From positions 6,014,001 to 6,078,000 of the forward strand of contig CM060732.1 of NCBI GenBank assembly GCA_030704615.1: a stretch of 64,000 nt of DNA, in the 5' to 3' direction. The notes under the pieces were generated by a model. It searched no databases, was not told the origin of the DNA, and was given only the letters and a program-made list of their open reading frames with translations. Shown here one piece after another: positions 12,312-24,967 of the stretch; positions within the stretch are counted from its first letter, which is position 1; each line of letters begins with the position of its first letter. This DNA comes from Takakia lepidozioides (lineage: Eukaryota > Plantae > Bryophyta). The translations under genes and the position numbers were made by a program.

Positions 12312-13224
12312 TAGAGGGATAATCCATTCGAGCGTCGTCTTTGTTTTTCTTGTGGCGTCAATGGCTTGAATTGGACAGCATCAATCTGCATAGGATCATT
12401 ATCGGATGTCTGATGGATCGTTGTATTTAGTGCCGTAGTAGCAACGACATGATGCGTCGTCGACCATCCAAATTGCTTCTCTTGACGTCTTTCGAACAAA
12501 CGATTATCGCATGCAATGACTTGGGTGATGAATTCGCTCAATGTGCTCACGTTTGGCATTGTCAGCAACAAATCTTTTACATTCTCTTTTAGTTCACATC
12601 GAAACTGACTAATGAGGCTCTTCTCATTCCATTCGAGGTCGCACGCAAGTTGTCGAAATTCGGCAGCATAAACGGAAGCAGGACGTGCTCCTTGTCAAAG
12701 ATTTCGCATCTTTGTCTCTGCAACTCTCTCCCTATCATTTTCTCCAAACGTTGCAGTGAACTCGAACATGAGTGCTTCAAAATTGTATAGTAAATGTGAA
12801 TTTTTTTCTAATAGCGGTGCAAACCAAAATAGGGCAGTGCCTGATAGAAGGGTGCCCACGAATCCCACTTGAATACCTTCATCGGGGTAGCGTTGTGGAT
12901 GTAGTCCTAGGAATTATTTGTTGAACAAAACCGCGAAATCTTTCTCGTCCCATCAAATTTCCCAGGCATGCTGATCTTTGGTTCTCTCGTAATCTGTTGA
13001 AGAGGAACCGTTGCAGTAGGAGCTATTGCAGTAGAGACTCGTATGGTTGAAGATCCATTGTTTGACTCCTTTAACTCTGAAATTTGTTGTTGTAAATTGT
13101 GGAGAGCGTTACCAAGATCTTGAAACTGATCAGCTTGTAATTGGGCGGTAGAGGTACGAAGTTCTTGCATATGGAGCTGAAGACTCTGCAATGTGGCGAC
13201 CATTTCCGCAAATGTGCCTTTCAT
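12191..13224 (-). pseudogene. gag of family A copy 1
   Basis: PKISMPGKFDG..R, DPMQID and a degenerate zinc knuckle (LYCGEEDHIALNCP); homologous to 42490-43530. Confidence 0.88.
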
Positions 13225-13262
13225 CTTAATTAACTAAGGAACAAACTTTAGTCTCGTCAAAC

Positions 13263-13811
13263 TGTCAAGGACGAGAGCATGACTGAACACAAATAAGAGA
13301 TCAGACTAGAGGTACAAGACTAGACAAGAAGTCAAGGTCGGCGTGCCGAATGCATGATGGGTATACATGAATGAAGATGATCTTTATAACAATGGACAAA
13401 AGTACAAGATACTGGAACTTGACTTGGATATTGGAATGCTGGAAACTGGACTAGAGTACTAGATATTGGAAACTGGACTAGAGTACTAGAAGCTGGACTG
13501 GAGTACTGGGACTGGAAACAAGAGTAGCTTGAACTTGTGTTGGCGAGACTGAAGAGTGTCAAGTCTCGCCTCCTGGCTACTAGGAGGTTCCCTAAGAGGC
13601 TTCCCCAAAAGAGGTTTCTTGATGGAGAAGTTTCCTCCAAAGGAAGCTTCCTGAGCAGTTTCCCAAGTAACTCTTGGTAATTTGATAAACTTTCGGTAAC
13701 TCGGTAACTTATGGTAACTTATAGTAAATCGTGGTAACTTTTGGTAACTTGTTAACTTGGTAACTTTTGGTATTTACTCCTGGTAAGTTCCTCTGGGCTA
13801 TGTCCGTGACA
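13263..13811 (-). repeat. 5' LTR of family A copy 1
   Basis: Direct repeat of 7942-8539, followed by TSD AGTAG. Confidence 0.92.
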
Positions 13812-15603
13812 AGTAGGATCAAGCTAGGGTTAGTTCAAAGGTTTCCAACAACAATGGACAAACCAAAAAACAGAAATGCAAACAAAAATGGACAAAGGGC
13901 TAAGAACTTTCTCTCCACTCAAAGTTGCTTCACTTGGCTAAGTGGGCTACCAAAACTTAGATGGAAGGGGTAGTGCTCACCTCTCCTATGGGATTTGTTG
14001 CTTCTACCTCCTCTTCACACTCCAAGGGCTCACCACACTCTCAAATGACACACACACTTTGCCTCTTGGGGAAGTTTATCTCATTTTCCACTCCAAAATG
14101 GCTCTTGGCCTTACACACTAGGCACCTAGCATCTTCCTAGTCTTCCTAGCACTTCTAGATGCTTCCTCCAAGCTTGCCTAAAACAACTAAGCTAAGCTTG
14201 AAGCCAACAAGCAATCTAGGACTTCACAAACAAGATGCTAAGGCTAAGCAAGCTTCTCGAGCTAGCTCTCTAAGCAACTCACTAACACGCAAAAAAACAA
14301 ATGTGAAGTGGTGAGCAAGCTCACCTCCTAATCTACTTATACTAAAAATACTATAAAAAAAGAACGGATGACATCCAAAATCCTTGGATGGGATAGGCAA
14401 TCAACCATTTTTTGGTTGGTAGGTGGCACATTTCATTCAACCAGCTGGTTGGGGGCGGTGCTAGATATTTGTGGCCCAAAAATCCCCTTCAAATGAATTT
14501 CTTGTGGCCACGGGCGCCCGAAAACCTCAAAAATAGTGAATTGTTGATAACTTCATCCAAAAATCTTGAAACTTGGCCACAAATTCCCTTTTGGTATGCT
14601 TGAAACACCCACAAATCTTCAGGTCCATGTGGTCTACCCATCAACCATAAAAAATAAACAAGTCCCAAATCACCGCGAAAACACCGCTTTCAACGGGTAA
14701 CATATTTTTTGGTTGTGAACAGATCGACGCTTGGGTCTGAAATTCCTTCAACATCATCTTGCTTCACTTTTAACCACATTAAAAAAAACCCTCCACAAAC
14801 AGCGCTCGATTCTGGCTTCGTCTTGTTCGCTGAAGGTACTCCGCATAGCAAAAACTCAGTGTTACCGCTAGATAAAACCTCTTTAGGATTTTTTTGTAGG
14901 AGACCAAGACTCCTTGGAAGCTCCTTGAAATGAATTCACACTAAAAAGTGGAAATTCCTTCATGGAAAAAGAGATCACTGCCAGCTGTCTGATACTTGTC
15001 GCACTGCAGTGTCTGTTTTGCATGAATGAACTAAAACACAGAGGAACCCATGCTTGATCCCTGTCACTGACATATCCAAGCATGAAAATAAAATCGTATC
15101 ATGAGCACGTGTGCTCCACGCCTCCAGCGTCTTCATGAACTGCATTGGAGCAACGTGAAAATTTCTACCTGTGCATTGCGAGACTGTTGTCAACCGTGTC
15201 ATTGAAAGTATAACCCAGTGGGTAGTTTGTCATTGAGGTCAAGCTCTCCTAACTTGCCTCTACTTGAATAGCGATCGGATGTTGAGGTGAAGAACAGGCA
15301 GACCGTTGCCTGCAGTCGTTTAATCGGCCCCTAGATGTTCGAACGGTCGACTGGAATCGCACTGCTCTGCTGCTCCCTGTAGGTACCCTAGTCATATAAA
15401 CTCCTAAGAGCTTTGGCTTCATGAACGTCGCAGATATCTTCCATTTGCGGGCCATACCAGTAGCTGTGTCGATGTTTATCTGCTTCCCTACAGATTGAGT
15501 GCTTAATGTTGCATTTTTGTCTGCAGATCCAGGGGCAGTGAATATTGACATTTTGCGGGAAGTACCTGTTTGGCTTGCAAAGCTGAGCAATGTGCTTCTC
15601 ATG

Positions 15604-16205
15604 AGGTGTGACACCCAACATTACATTCATTTCTGTTCTCAATGCTTGTGCCAGCCTAGGAGCCCTGGAAAAAAATACAGAGGTCCGTGAGCTGACATCA
15701 TTATGGACACTTTGTCGATATGTATGCCAAGTATGGGAGCTTGAACGATGCCAGACAAGTTTTTGACAAAACGTCTCAACGAAATGTGGTCTCATGGAGT
15801 GCAATGATGGAGGCTTTTGAGATGTATGAGCAGATGATACGGGAAGGCATAACGCCCAGCAAGGTCACGCTTATTTCCATTCTCAATGCATGTGCCAGCA
15901 TAACAGCCCTGGAGGAGGTCCATGCTGACATCATCAAAGATGGAGTTGCCTCATATATCTCTTTAGAAAAATGCACTTTTTAATAGGTATGCCAAATGCG
16001 GCGGCTTAAAGGATGCACGGGATGTGTTGGACAACATGGCTGAGCAAGATGTGGTATCATGGAGTGCAATCCCAGCGCAATGTCGATCGCAGGATATACT
16101 CAGCATGGGTTTGGTGTGGAGGCTTTAGATATCTATGAGCAAATGATATAGGAAGGGGTGACACCCAACAAGGTTACGTTTATTTGTGTTCTCAAGGCCT
16201 GTGTC
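15604..16205 (+). pseudogene. PLS-class pentatricopeptide repeat (PPR) gene fragment
   Basis: GVTPN.ITFISVLNACASLGALE, DMYAKYGSLNDARQVFD..NVVSWSAM, YAKCGGLKDARDVLD..DVVSWSA and GYTQHGFGVEALDIYEQM..GVTPNKVTF; contains deletions and stops. Confidence 0.88.
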
Positions 16206-17831
16206 ATTCTCTTCGACCAGTAGCCAATTAGACGCTGCTCTATGACAATGCTGGGGGGTTTGAGGCTGTAGTGTCAAGCAGTCAACTGCTTGTAGGATAA
16301 GCAAGTTGATTCTTGTCATATGATCATGTCGGGGCTCTCTCTAACAGCATTGTCGACTGAGCTTATGCCTAAGTCACCTACATGATTCCACAATGGTGCT
16401 AGCCACATAGAATCTTGCAGACAGAATTAGGGTAAGTGATGGTGGTCCATGGGTTTGCCCACAACTCGCACTAACTGTTGAGGGCAGATGTGGGCCCCTG
16501 CATTGAACAATGCCTTGGAGAATCGCCTGTCAACTGGCTTTTCAGCCTTTTGTCGGTGAGGGGTTGACGTAGTTGACCTACTTTAGGGTTTTGGAGTTGT
16601 TCAATCTATTTTTTTCTCTCCTGCAGTCATGTGAGAGCTTGTGAAAGAGAGGCTAACCCTCCTTAGTGGCCAATAGGCCCAATGAGTTGTCTTTTTTGTT
16701 TGATGCTTTGTCTTTTGTCTTAAGAGTGAAAAGATCTAAGAGCTAGCAAAGTTTTGAGGTTTTTTTCAAGTTTATTTTGTCGCTGGATTTTATTTTTCAT
16801 GCATAACTAATTTACAGATAAAAAAGTTGATCTAATATGGCCTCCACAACTTGGTTAAGCCATGGAGGACCATAGCTAACCCTGGAGAAGGTTAGGCTAG
16901 CCTCTTTGGGATTAGCTTGTTTTATTTTCTTGTTTTTTTTAGGTGAAGGCAAAAAAGCCATGGATTCATGATGGGGTTCCCAAAAGCGAGGCGCCATAAA
17001 GGGGATACCATGGTAATAGCTAGGAGCTGGCTATTGATTTGAAGCGGGCTGCAGGCCCGCGTGCCTCGAGGCGTTGACCACCCCAGCCCCCAAGCTGCTG
17101 GGATTTGCTATTCTATCAACTATCAGCGATCAGTCATCAGTGTGACGTGGATGCGGAAACGGCGGCCACGTGACAATATAATAATTTTTTTTTGGGTTGC
17201 CCATAATGTATGTTTGGATTTGTGAGAGACAATAATGAAAAATGACATGGGGTCTTAGGTAGGAAAATACTTTTTGGATGGTTCTTGTCTTGGTCGATTG
17301 AGGCAATTTTGATATGTTGTCTCCTCAGCGGCTGGGATGGAAATTAGAATGGAGGGTGGAGGTCTTCGAGGCCTTCGTTTTGGTATGTCATAGGTATTCA
17401 GATGGGGAATTGGCCGCTCAGCTCACACTGAGACACCTTGCTCACGAAAAGCGAATGAGAAGTACAAAGCTTTTGAAAGGGGTACAAGGGGGTTTGGAGT
17501 GGGAGAGGGAGTCATTTCCATTTGCACCCAATTTTTATTTTATTTTATTTTAGTTAACAGGGATAGGACCCTGGTATAAATTTATTATAAATTATTTGAG
17601 GGAAAAAAATTAAAACCCTCGATCTTGCCGTGAGGCACACACACCGATGTCAGTGATAGTTTGAACCTATCTACTCCCTGCGGAGTAAAAGCGTATCTGG
17701 CTAGCCAATGCATATTGCAGTATTCACCAAAGTCAATCGTGGCTAACTTACTAAGTCCCTTGAGCCTATGGCTCCTGCACTACTCAAGATTGCATCGTTT
17801 CTAGTCTAGTGAAGTGAAAGCTGAAAAATCC

Positions 17832-20800
17832 TCAGCGGAAGTCTCCGGAAGTGCTTGTGCAGATAATGCCCTGCTGGGCCCAGGTGGTTGCGAAGGCGTG
17901 GTGTAGCTGCCCTGCATTTCGGGTGTTTTTCTTTATGTCAGCACATAGTTTGATCCAAGCTTTCCTTGCTTCTATTAGCAAATCATAGTACACAGCAAAC
18001 AGTAGGGTAGATATTGAGCACATTGTTCCAGAGAAGGTTCTTTTGCATCTTGCCCTCCATAAGTGCCAGAGAGTTGTTGTTCTTAGGGTGTCCAGTACAG
18101 GGCAGTGGCTTGCGTTCTGTTTGGTTGCGCGGTCATAATTTAGCAGAATGGCAATGGGCCCCAAGTGTGGATTGTCCCAGGAACGGTAGAATGATTTGAC
18201 GAGTTGCCATATGAGGGACGGGGCAGTGCAGTGAAGCAGACAATGTTCGTGAGTCTCCAAGATTTTTGCAGAGCAACATTTACATTGCAAAGCGCTATCA
18301 AATCCCAGCCACTCCCCTACTTTCAGCACTCTGTTTGCTATCTGCCACAGGAAAGTTGAGAGCTTAGCAGGTCTGGTTTTTTTCCATATGCCTCTCCATA
18401 TTGTATCCCAGCTTTCATCCTGAAAGCCCATATGGTTCCATCTTCCATTCCATTTATCTAGCAACGGAGGGGAGCGGTTGAGAGCTAGGTATCCCTTTTT
18501 TGTGGTGTAGGAAAAGAACTGTTCCGGTGCCCTTGCTATTTTCCATGACCACTCTTTCGGGTCTAAGTCTAGCTCTTGCAGCGGTCTCCCAAGGATAGAT
18601 AAAACGCTGGGAAGAGAGCCATGAGAACAGTGCTTGGTTTAGTGGTGGCATGGGATTGATCTCCTTTGCTGGTGATGACCAACAGTAGATGGAAACCGGG
18701 GTGTGTGTGCGGTGTGGAAAGGTCTGCTCGGTTGAGTCCTGGATAGAAAGGTTCATGGTAATGGTGTCTATATGAAAGGAGAATCCTTCCATGAACTGTC
18801 CATTGGATCTGACGACAAAGAGAATGGTTAGCTTGTTAAACAGGATTGCCAGGGTCCAGTAATTGCTGGTTGGTGTTGCGGGCCCGGCTTTGAGGATATC
18901 CGGGATGTTATCTAGCAGTGCCTGAAATCCACGATTGGCTCTTACTTTCCCTACGATGTTTGCAGCTATTTCCTTGGAGAGGAAGCAGCCCCGGCTCCAA
19001 ATATCTGAAACCTTAGAGATACCCCTGGTGTCCCAGCCTGACCACTTCTTAGCTTGTTGTCTTTGGACTAATGATGTAACATTGCTGTTTAGGAACAGTG
19101 CCTGTCTACTGGTTTCCTCGAAGGTGGTGGGTTCCGCTTTAGAGAGAAAGGGTCTAAGCAAAGCCCATGCCTGCCATATGGAATTCCACAAGGGAGATCC
19201 TGTTTTTTTAATGTTTAAACCCATTTACTATCCAACGGTACGATGGTTTCCACATGGTAGCTTTGAGGGGAGGGCTGCAGCAATGTTGTCTGCAATCAAG
19301 AATTTCCACCAACCTCCCTCCGGCCCCAGAAATCTTGGGATCCATTTAACAAGGAGGGCTGAGATTTGCTTATCCAGATCCAGAATACCTAAACCCCCTT
19401 ATTTTTGGGGGAGGCATATCTGTTTCCAAGATACTTGGGGTCGTTTTTTGTCATTGTGGGTATGGGCCCCCCAAATGAAATTTCGTGGCTTCCTTGATAT
19501 GATTCGATCCTGGTTTCCATAAGGCAGAGAAAAACCATAAATCTGCGGATAGGATCTGGTTTGTGACTATGGCTTTCCCTGTTATAGAGAGGTGGTATGA
19601 CCCCCAGTGGGTTAGCTTGGACCTGAGGTGGGTCATGGTAGGCTCAAAATGTTGATGATCCGTGAGGTCAATTCCAAACATGTACCCTAACAGTGTTGTT
19701 GTCTGGCCTGGCTGAAGCCATTTCAAACCCTTCTTTGGCCCCCACGTTGGCTGTGTCCCTATTTGTGACATTGTCGTGTCCCCCACAAGCAGTGCACATG
19801 TTTTCCCCCAGTTGACTTTGAAGTCAGATGCCTGGCAGAAGGTTTCTAGGATTTGTGCAGTGCTGTCCAGATTTGCAGGATTAGCTTACAATGCAAGAAA
19901 TGTGTCGTCTACAAACATTGACTCCCTGATTTGAATCGGCTGACGGGTGATGTGGTTTATGGTTCTGAGCCCTGTAACGTCTTGATTAGCTTGCAGCATG
20001 TGACCCAGCGAATCAACTGCCACAAGGAACAAGAATGGTGATAGCGGGCAGCCATGGCAAACGGACCTCTTTAGGGAGAAATCTTTGGATAAATGGCCGT
20101 TGACCAGGACCCTGCTTGTAGAGCCCTGTAACAGAATTTTAACCCACTGGCAGAAGTAGGGTGGTAGTCCAACCTTTTGCAAGGCTCCCAAAAGGAAAGA
20201 CCATTCCACCCTGTCAAATGCTTTTTCGAAGTCCAGTAAGAGTAGAGAAATGGCTTGGTTGGTTCCTTTGGTGTAGTGGGGTATCTCTTGGGCCAACAAA
20301 AGGTTGTCCAAGATGTACCTTCCCTTGATGAATCATGTCTGGCCGGGCCGAATGATGGTGGATAAGAGTGGTTGGAGACGCCTGGCCAGTGCTTTAGCGA
20401 TTATCTTGTAAGCCACATTAAGCAGCGTAATGGGCCTGTAGTATGCCAGTTCAGTGAGGTCTTTGGCAACATTCTTCCATAGTGCCTTGTAAAACTCTAC
20501 TGGGATGTCGTCTATCCCGGGAGACTTACCATTCTGGAGTTTGGAGAGAGCGTCCTTGAGCTCAGTCTCCGTGAATGGGCCTTCCAGTGACTTTGCCATG
20601 GCTGGTGTAACAAGAGTGGGGGTTTGTGCCAGGCATTGGCGTTGGACATCCGAGAGGTCAAGGGACTGTTGGTCGCTGTGAAAGAGGGCTTCGAAGTGAT
20701 TGTAAGCTACAGTTGTCATTTGTTTGGGAGCTGAGGTAGTGATACCAGCTCTTTGGTCAAGGAGGCTTACTATGGTTTGCGCAGCCCTTTTCTGCCTTGT

Positions 20801-22190
20801 TTTGCTGAAGAACCATGCCTCTTTCATACCAGATTTAAAATCCGGGTTTGCGAGCAGGGATGCATTCATTTTTTAGAGGCCTTTCCCTCTCTTGTGGTCT
20901 ATCGGGATGTTTATTTTTGCAGATATTTCTGCATGGTCAAAGCCTTGTGGTATTGGCTGTTGGGGTAATCTAGACATCCATTGTACAATGTGTATGGAAG
21001 AATAAAATATGTCCAGACGAGCCATCTGCAGATTGGGCATGTCCCGGTTGTTTGACCATGTAAAGTGAGGGTTAAGGGACTACGGGGTGTCTGGTGGGTC
21101 AGAACTGATTTCCACCAAACTGTGGATTTGTGACAGGTTAAGCCAGCGTTGGAGATCCTCTGATCCAATGTTGATTGTGGCGGCCCCTCTACGGTCTTCA
21201 GGTGATTCAACCATGTTGAAGTCTCCCCTGAGCAGCCATTGCTCAATGGAGGTTTGATCCCTCATTTTTGAGTCAATCAGATCCCATAGCTCTAAGCGTT
21301 CCTAACTGTCATTTGGTGCATAGATGTTTAGTAGACCCAGTGATCCTGTGTTGTTTGGTAAGGCTAGGGCATGAAATTGTACTCTCCCGGGACCCCAAAT
21401 TTCGTGAGAAGTAAGGAGGGGAAAGATAGTGGATGACATGAGAATGGCTGTCCCTCCCCTTGTGCCAATGGAGGTGGGAGCCCATAGAGATTGGGCTTTG
21501 GGCCAGAGATGGTCTGATAGATTATCTATTTTGGCTTGGTCTTGTTTGTGTTCCTGGATAAAAATAATTGCTTGCTGGTTTTGGAGAGGAGTCAGCCAGG
21601 ATGCTAAGCGAACTCTCTTTAGGCAGGATGGGTCAGGACCAGTGTTGGTCTGGTATTAGGTTTAGGACATACCAAACTGGTCTTGGTACCAGCTCCATCA
21701 CAAAACTTTCATACCAGTCTGGTCTATATAGTGGTGGATGTATTTTTTTTCCAGATACTGGTATGAGTATGAGCATCATGACCACAATACCAGCTGGTAT
21801 GAATATCAATTCTGGTATCATTCCAAAGCCATCTTGACTTACAGGTTTATCACATATCAAGTGAAAACAAATACAATAAACATAAAATAAAGATAAACAA
21901 TTACATGTATATACACAAAAATTAATATAGTACACATACCAGAGTAAATGAGAAGGGGGGGTACTGGTATTGTGGCTGGTATGAGAAATTGGATACCAGC
22001 CTGGTTTGGTATATGACCTGGTATGTAGAACTTAAAGACCAGGCTGGTCTGGTCCTTGATACCAGGGTTGATCCCAGAATTGATACTCGGGTCTGATACC
22101 CATACCAGACCAACACTGGTCAGGACCCATGCCTCTAATGTTCCATGATGACACATTAATGAGCATCTTTTGGGGTGGAGGGGCTGCAAC
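17832..22190 (-). pseudogene. LINE ORF2 (APE endonuclease-RT-zinc finger), fragmented
   Basis: ORF fragments 21080-21265, 20333-20869, 19886-20311, 19451-19786, 18454-19224 and 17832-18464; interrupted by the MITE. Confidence 0.88.
21640..22118. mobile_element. hAT-superfamily MITE (479 bp) inserted in the LINE endonuclease
   Basis: 17-bp TIR CAGTGTTGGTCTGGTAT / ATACCAGACCAACACTG. 8-bp TSD GTCAGGAC at 21632-21639 and 22119-22126. Many subterminal ATACCAG/CTGGTAT motifs. Removing it restores WNIRGMGPD-PSCLKRVRL. Confidence 0.93.
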
Positions 22191-22203
22191 CTTTAGTTGC
22201 ATT

Positions 22204-24967
22204 TTATAGCCCGTTAACGAAAAATTTAACCCTTTTGTCCAAGGGCATGAGCGATTTTACCCAGCAGAGGTGTGGTGGGAGGCTGTTGTTGAGCTTAACA
22301 ATGCTTAGCATAGCCACTTTCTGTGGGTTTGGAAATTGGGAGTCAGGCTGGCCTGGCTTTGGCAAAAATTGAGTTGGGTATGGGGTGAACCATTCCAGCG
22401 AAGTGAGGGCTACCAATTCTGGCTGTATGCTAATGTGTAAGTTGCTGCGAAGCAGGTTTGCTACTTCTGCGGGTTCTATGGTGTACGCCTGAGTAGTGCC
22501 CATGAAGATTCCGGGGATAGTCTGTCTCTTGGTTTTGTCCATTGGGTGTCTCTTTTCTTTCCTGCATAACAGCCAGCATCTTTTGCAGTCTTGCGGCAGT
22601 GGCTGAAAGATAAAGCATGGGTAGAGTGAGTTTTGTACCTGATGAGTGATGTTAATGGTATGAGGGAGTGGTGCAGTTACATGGTTTGAGTTGGCTGTCA
22701 CCGGCGTTGATGTGGGAATTGTTGGTGGCGGGGGTGCTGCTGCCTGCTGCGTGATGTCCAGAGGTTGATGCGGGACCTGCTCTTCCACCAGCGGCATCTG
22801 CGGTGGCTCTTGTGTGATCCCTCCTTCTGGCATTGAGGCGCTGGAGGATGATGATGCCTGAGCCGGGGAGTTGTGTCCATGATCCCTCTTGATGAATTCT
22901 TGGTCCTTTGGAGCTCCTGTCTGTACTCTTCCTGTGACAGATCTTTTTCCAGCCTTGCATACAGTATTAAGAATGCATTCTTGAGTGAATCCCTTGTTCT
23001 GATTGGCAAAGCACCCCTGCCCCAGGCTCTGGTCATTATGGATTCATTAACCCATAGAGCCCCATCTGGTGCAGGGGTATTGTAGATCTCAACTTCCTCC
23101 ATGAGAATTTGTGTGGAGGGTTTTGAGATGAGCCCTGGATGATCCTCTTTGTATGCCCCCCACAAAATGTTAGTTAGACTGGATAGATAGTAGTGTTTCA
23201 GATGGTCTGCAAAGAAGTCATAGATCTTCTTTTCGATGATAAGATCTGGATTGCTTGAGGTGATGAGAAAGGATGGGGGGTTCCCTTTCCTGAAGACCAA
23301 GGGAGTTACACATGATGCTTTTGGGGCATTGTCAGTGTCGATTTGTGAGCATCCTTCCAAGGTCAGTTGTGGGAAAGATTGCAGACCTAGGCAGATTCTT
23401 GCCAAGACCGGGTTGCTTGCAATGCCAGAGACCACAAATTGGCCCTCCTCCCCCTGGACCACATGGGGTTTTAGCACCCTGTTGCAATTGCCGAACGGGG
23501 ATGGTTCCTTTGGTTTAAGTTTGATGTGTACACTCCCTTGTGGCATTGTTGAGGTCCGGCCCTCCAGAATCATGGGGTCCATTCTTCCTCCCCCTGTTGA
23601 GGTGAGTCTATGTCCTGGGCTGAACTGGAGTTGATCATCCGATGTTACTGGCCTTGCCTCGTTAACTCTGGCTTTTTGAATGGGCCTTTCTGTTCCAGGA
23701 GACAGGCTTACTGGCGATCCACCTCATCGTTGGGCTGAATTGCTACCGCTTTACCCGATCTAAGTGATCTCTTCCTCTTGACCTGCGGGCAGTTGGCCTT
23801 TACATGTCCTTGCTTGCCACAGTTAAAGCATGCAGAGGAGGCAGATTCTTCCACTAGCCTTATGGTGAAGAAGTTCCTTTCCCTGTCTATTGGGAGACGC
23901 ACGAAGTCTGGGAGGGTGTCTTCCTCAAGCATGAGTAGGACCATCCTACCAAACCCTGATTCATTTAATCTTGAGGCAATAGTGGCTGATTTCCAAGCTT
24001 CAATCTGTCTGATGTTTTGGGTGTTCATAAGTGGGTCAAAAACCCCCAGGCATCCCAGGTAAGTCCCAAAGTAGTTAGCAATGTCTGGCAGATTCATTAG
24101 GTACTGGTCTGGAATAAAGGGTAGGGCTACAATTCTTGGTCCCCGCAGCTTTCCGTTTCTGTCACCCATTTTGGATGACCATGGGAAGATGTTCACATTG
24201 CCCTCACATGAGGATTGATTGAAAGGCTCTAGAAGCAGCTTCTTTGGTTTCAAAAATTATGGAAAAGAATCCTCTACCTTTGGCATGACAGAATTGTTGC
24301 GTCAATTCCCCCGAACCTCCCAATGATGGATTGCCCAGTCTCTAACTGAGGCCCTACTGACCTTTCTTCCTGGAAAGTGTACTAGTATGCCATGCTCCTC
24401 CATACTTGTAACCCTGTTGTCCAGATCGTCCATGTCCACACGGATAAGGATGTGCTGCCCTTGGAGGTCTACATGGGATATGTGAATATCCATTAGTTGA
24501 TCGTGGACCTCTCTGGGGCTATGGGGCTCTGCTTCACCTGGATTCGATGTCTGTCCACGGATCTGCAGCTGCGCCAGTGTGTTTGCAAGGTGGGTGGGTG
24601 AATACTGCAGGTGATGCCAATGCGGTGCTGCCCTCTGCGTGTGAGTGTCTGCTAGTGTCTGTGCCAGTCTGGGTGCTTCTCTGGGTTGCCAGACTTGAGC
24701 GCTTCTTCGAGTGAATGTTCCATGCGTTTGCGCCTGATGAGCCTGGAAGTAACCTGTCTCTGAAGCTGGGTGTGCTCTGGCAGCTGAGTAAGACCGAGGC
24801 TGCCCTTGGCCTCTAGCGGAGCTCTGACCTCTATTTCTGGACTGAGAGTTTAGTGGTGCCATAACTGAGATTAGCGTAAAGGAAAGGAGGATGCTTGTGA
24901 GGTAGATAAGCAGGGTTTGGATACTTGGATAACACTGTGGTAACACGTTTAGAGCCTTCAGATTCAC
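22204..24967 (-). pseudogene. LINE ORF1, long (zinc knuckle plus C-terminal extension)
   Basis: Collinear ORFs 24302-24967, 23708-24253 (CCHC), 22698-23582 and 22204-22833, linked by frameshifts. Confidence 0.7.

Larger units (their letters stand above)
7942..13811 (-). mobile_element. Ty3/Gypsy chromovirus, Tcn1/Tf1-like (family A, copy 1), full-length and degraded
   Basis: TG..CA LTRs at 7942-8539 and 13263-13811. TSD AGTAG at 7937-7941 and 13812-13816. PPT next to 8540. Domain order gag-PR(LLDSGAS)-RT(YLDD)-RH-INT-GPF-chromodomain (YEVDKVLDSR..YFVHWKGY..TWEP). Confidence 0.95.

Noticed and set aside
13817-14753. Possible solo LTR ending ..TTCAACA, interrupted by family A copy 1
   Set aside because: No second end, TSD or partner copy found in the window.
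18935-19522. 195-aa plus-strand ORF and similar antisense ORFs over pol regions
   Set aside because: Antisense shadows of LINE/LTR coding sequence with no independent motifs.
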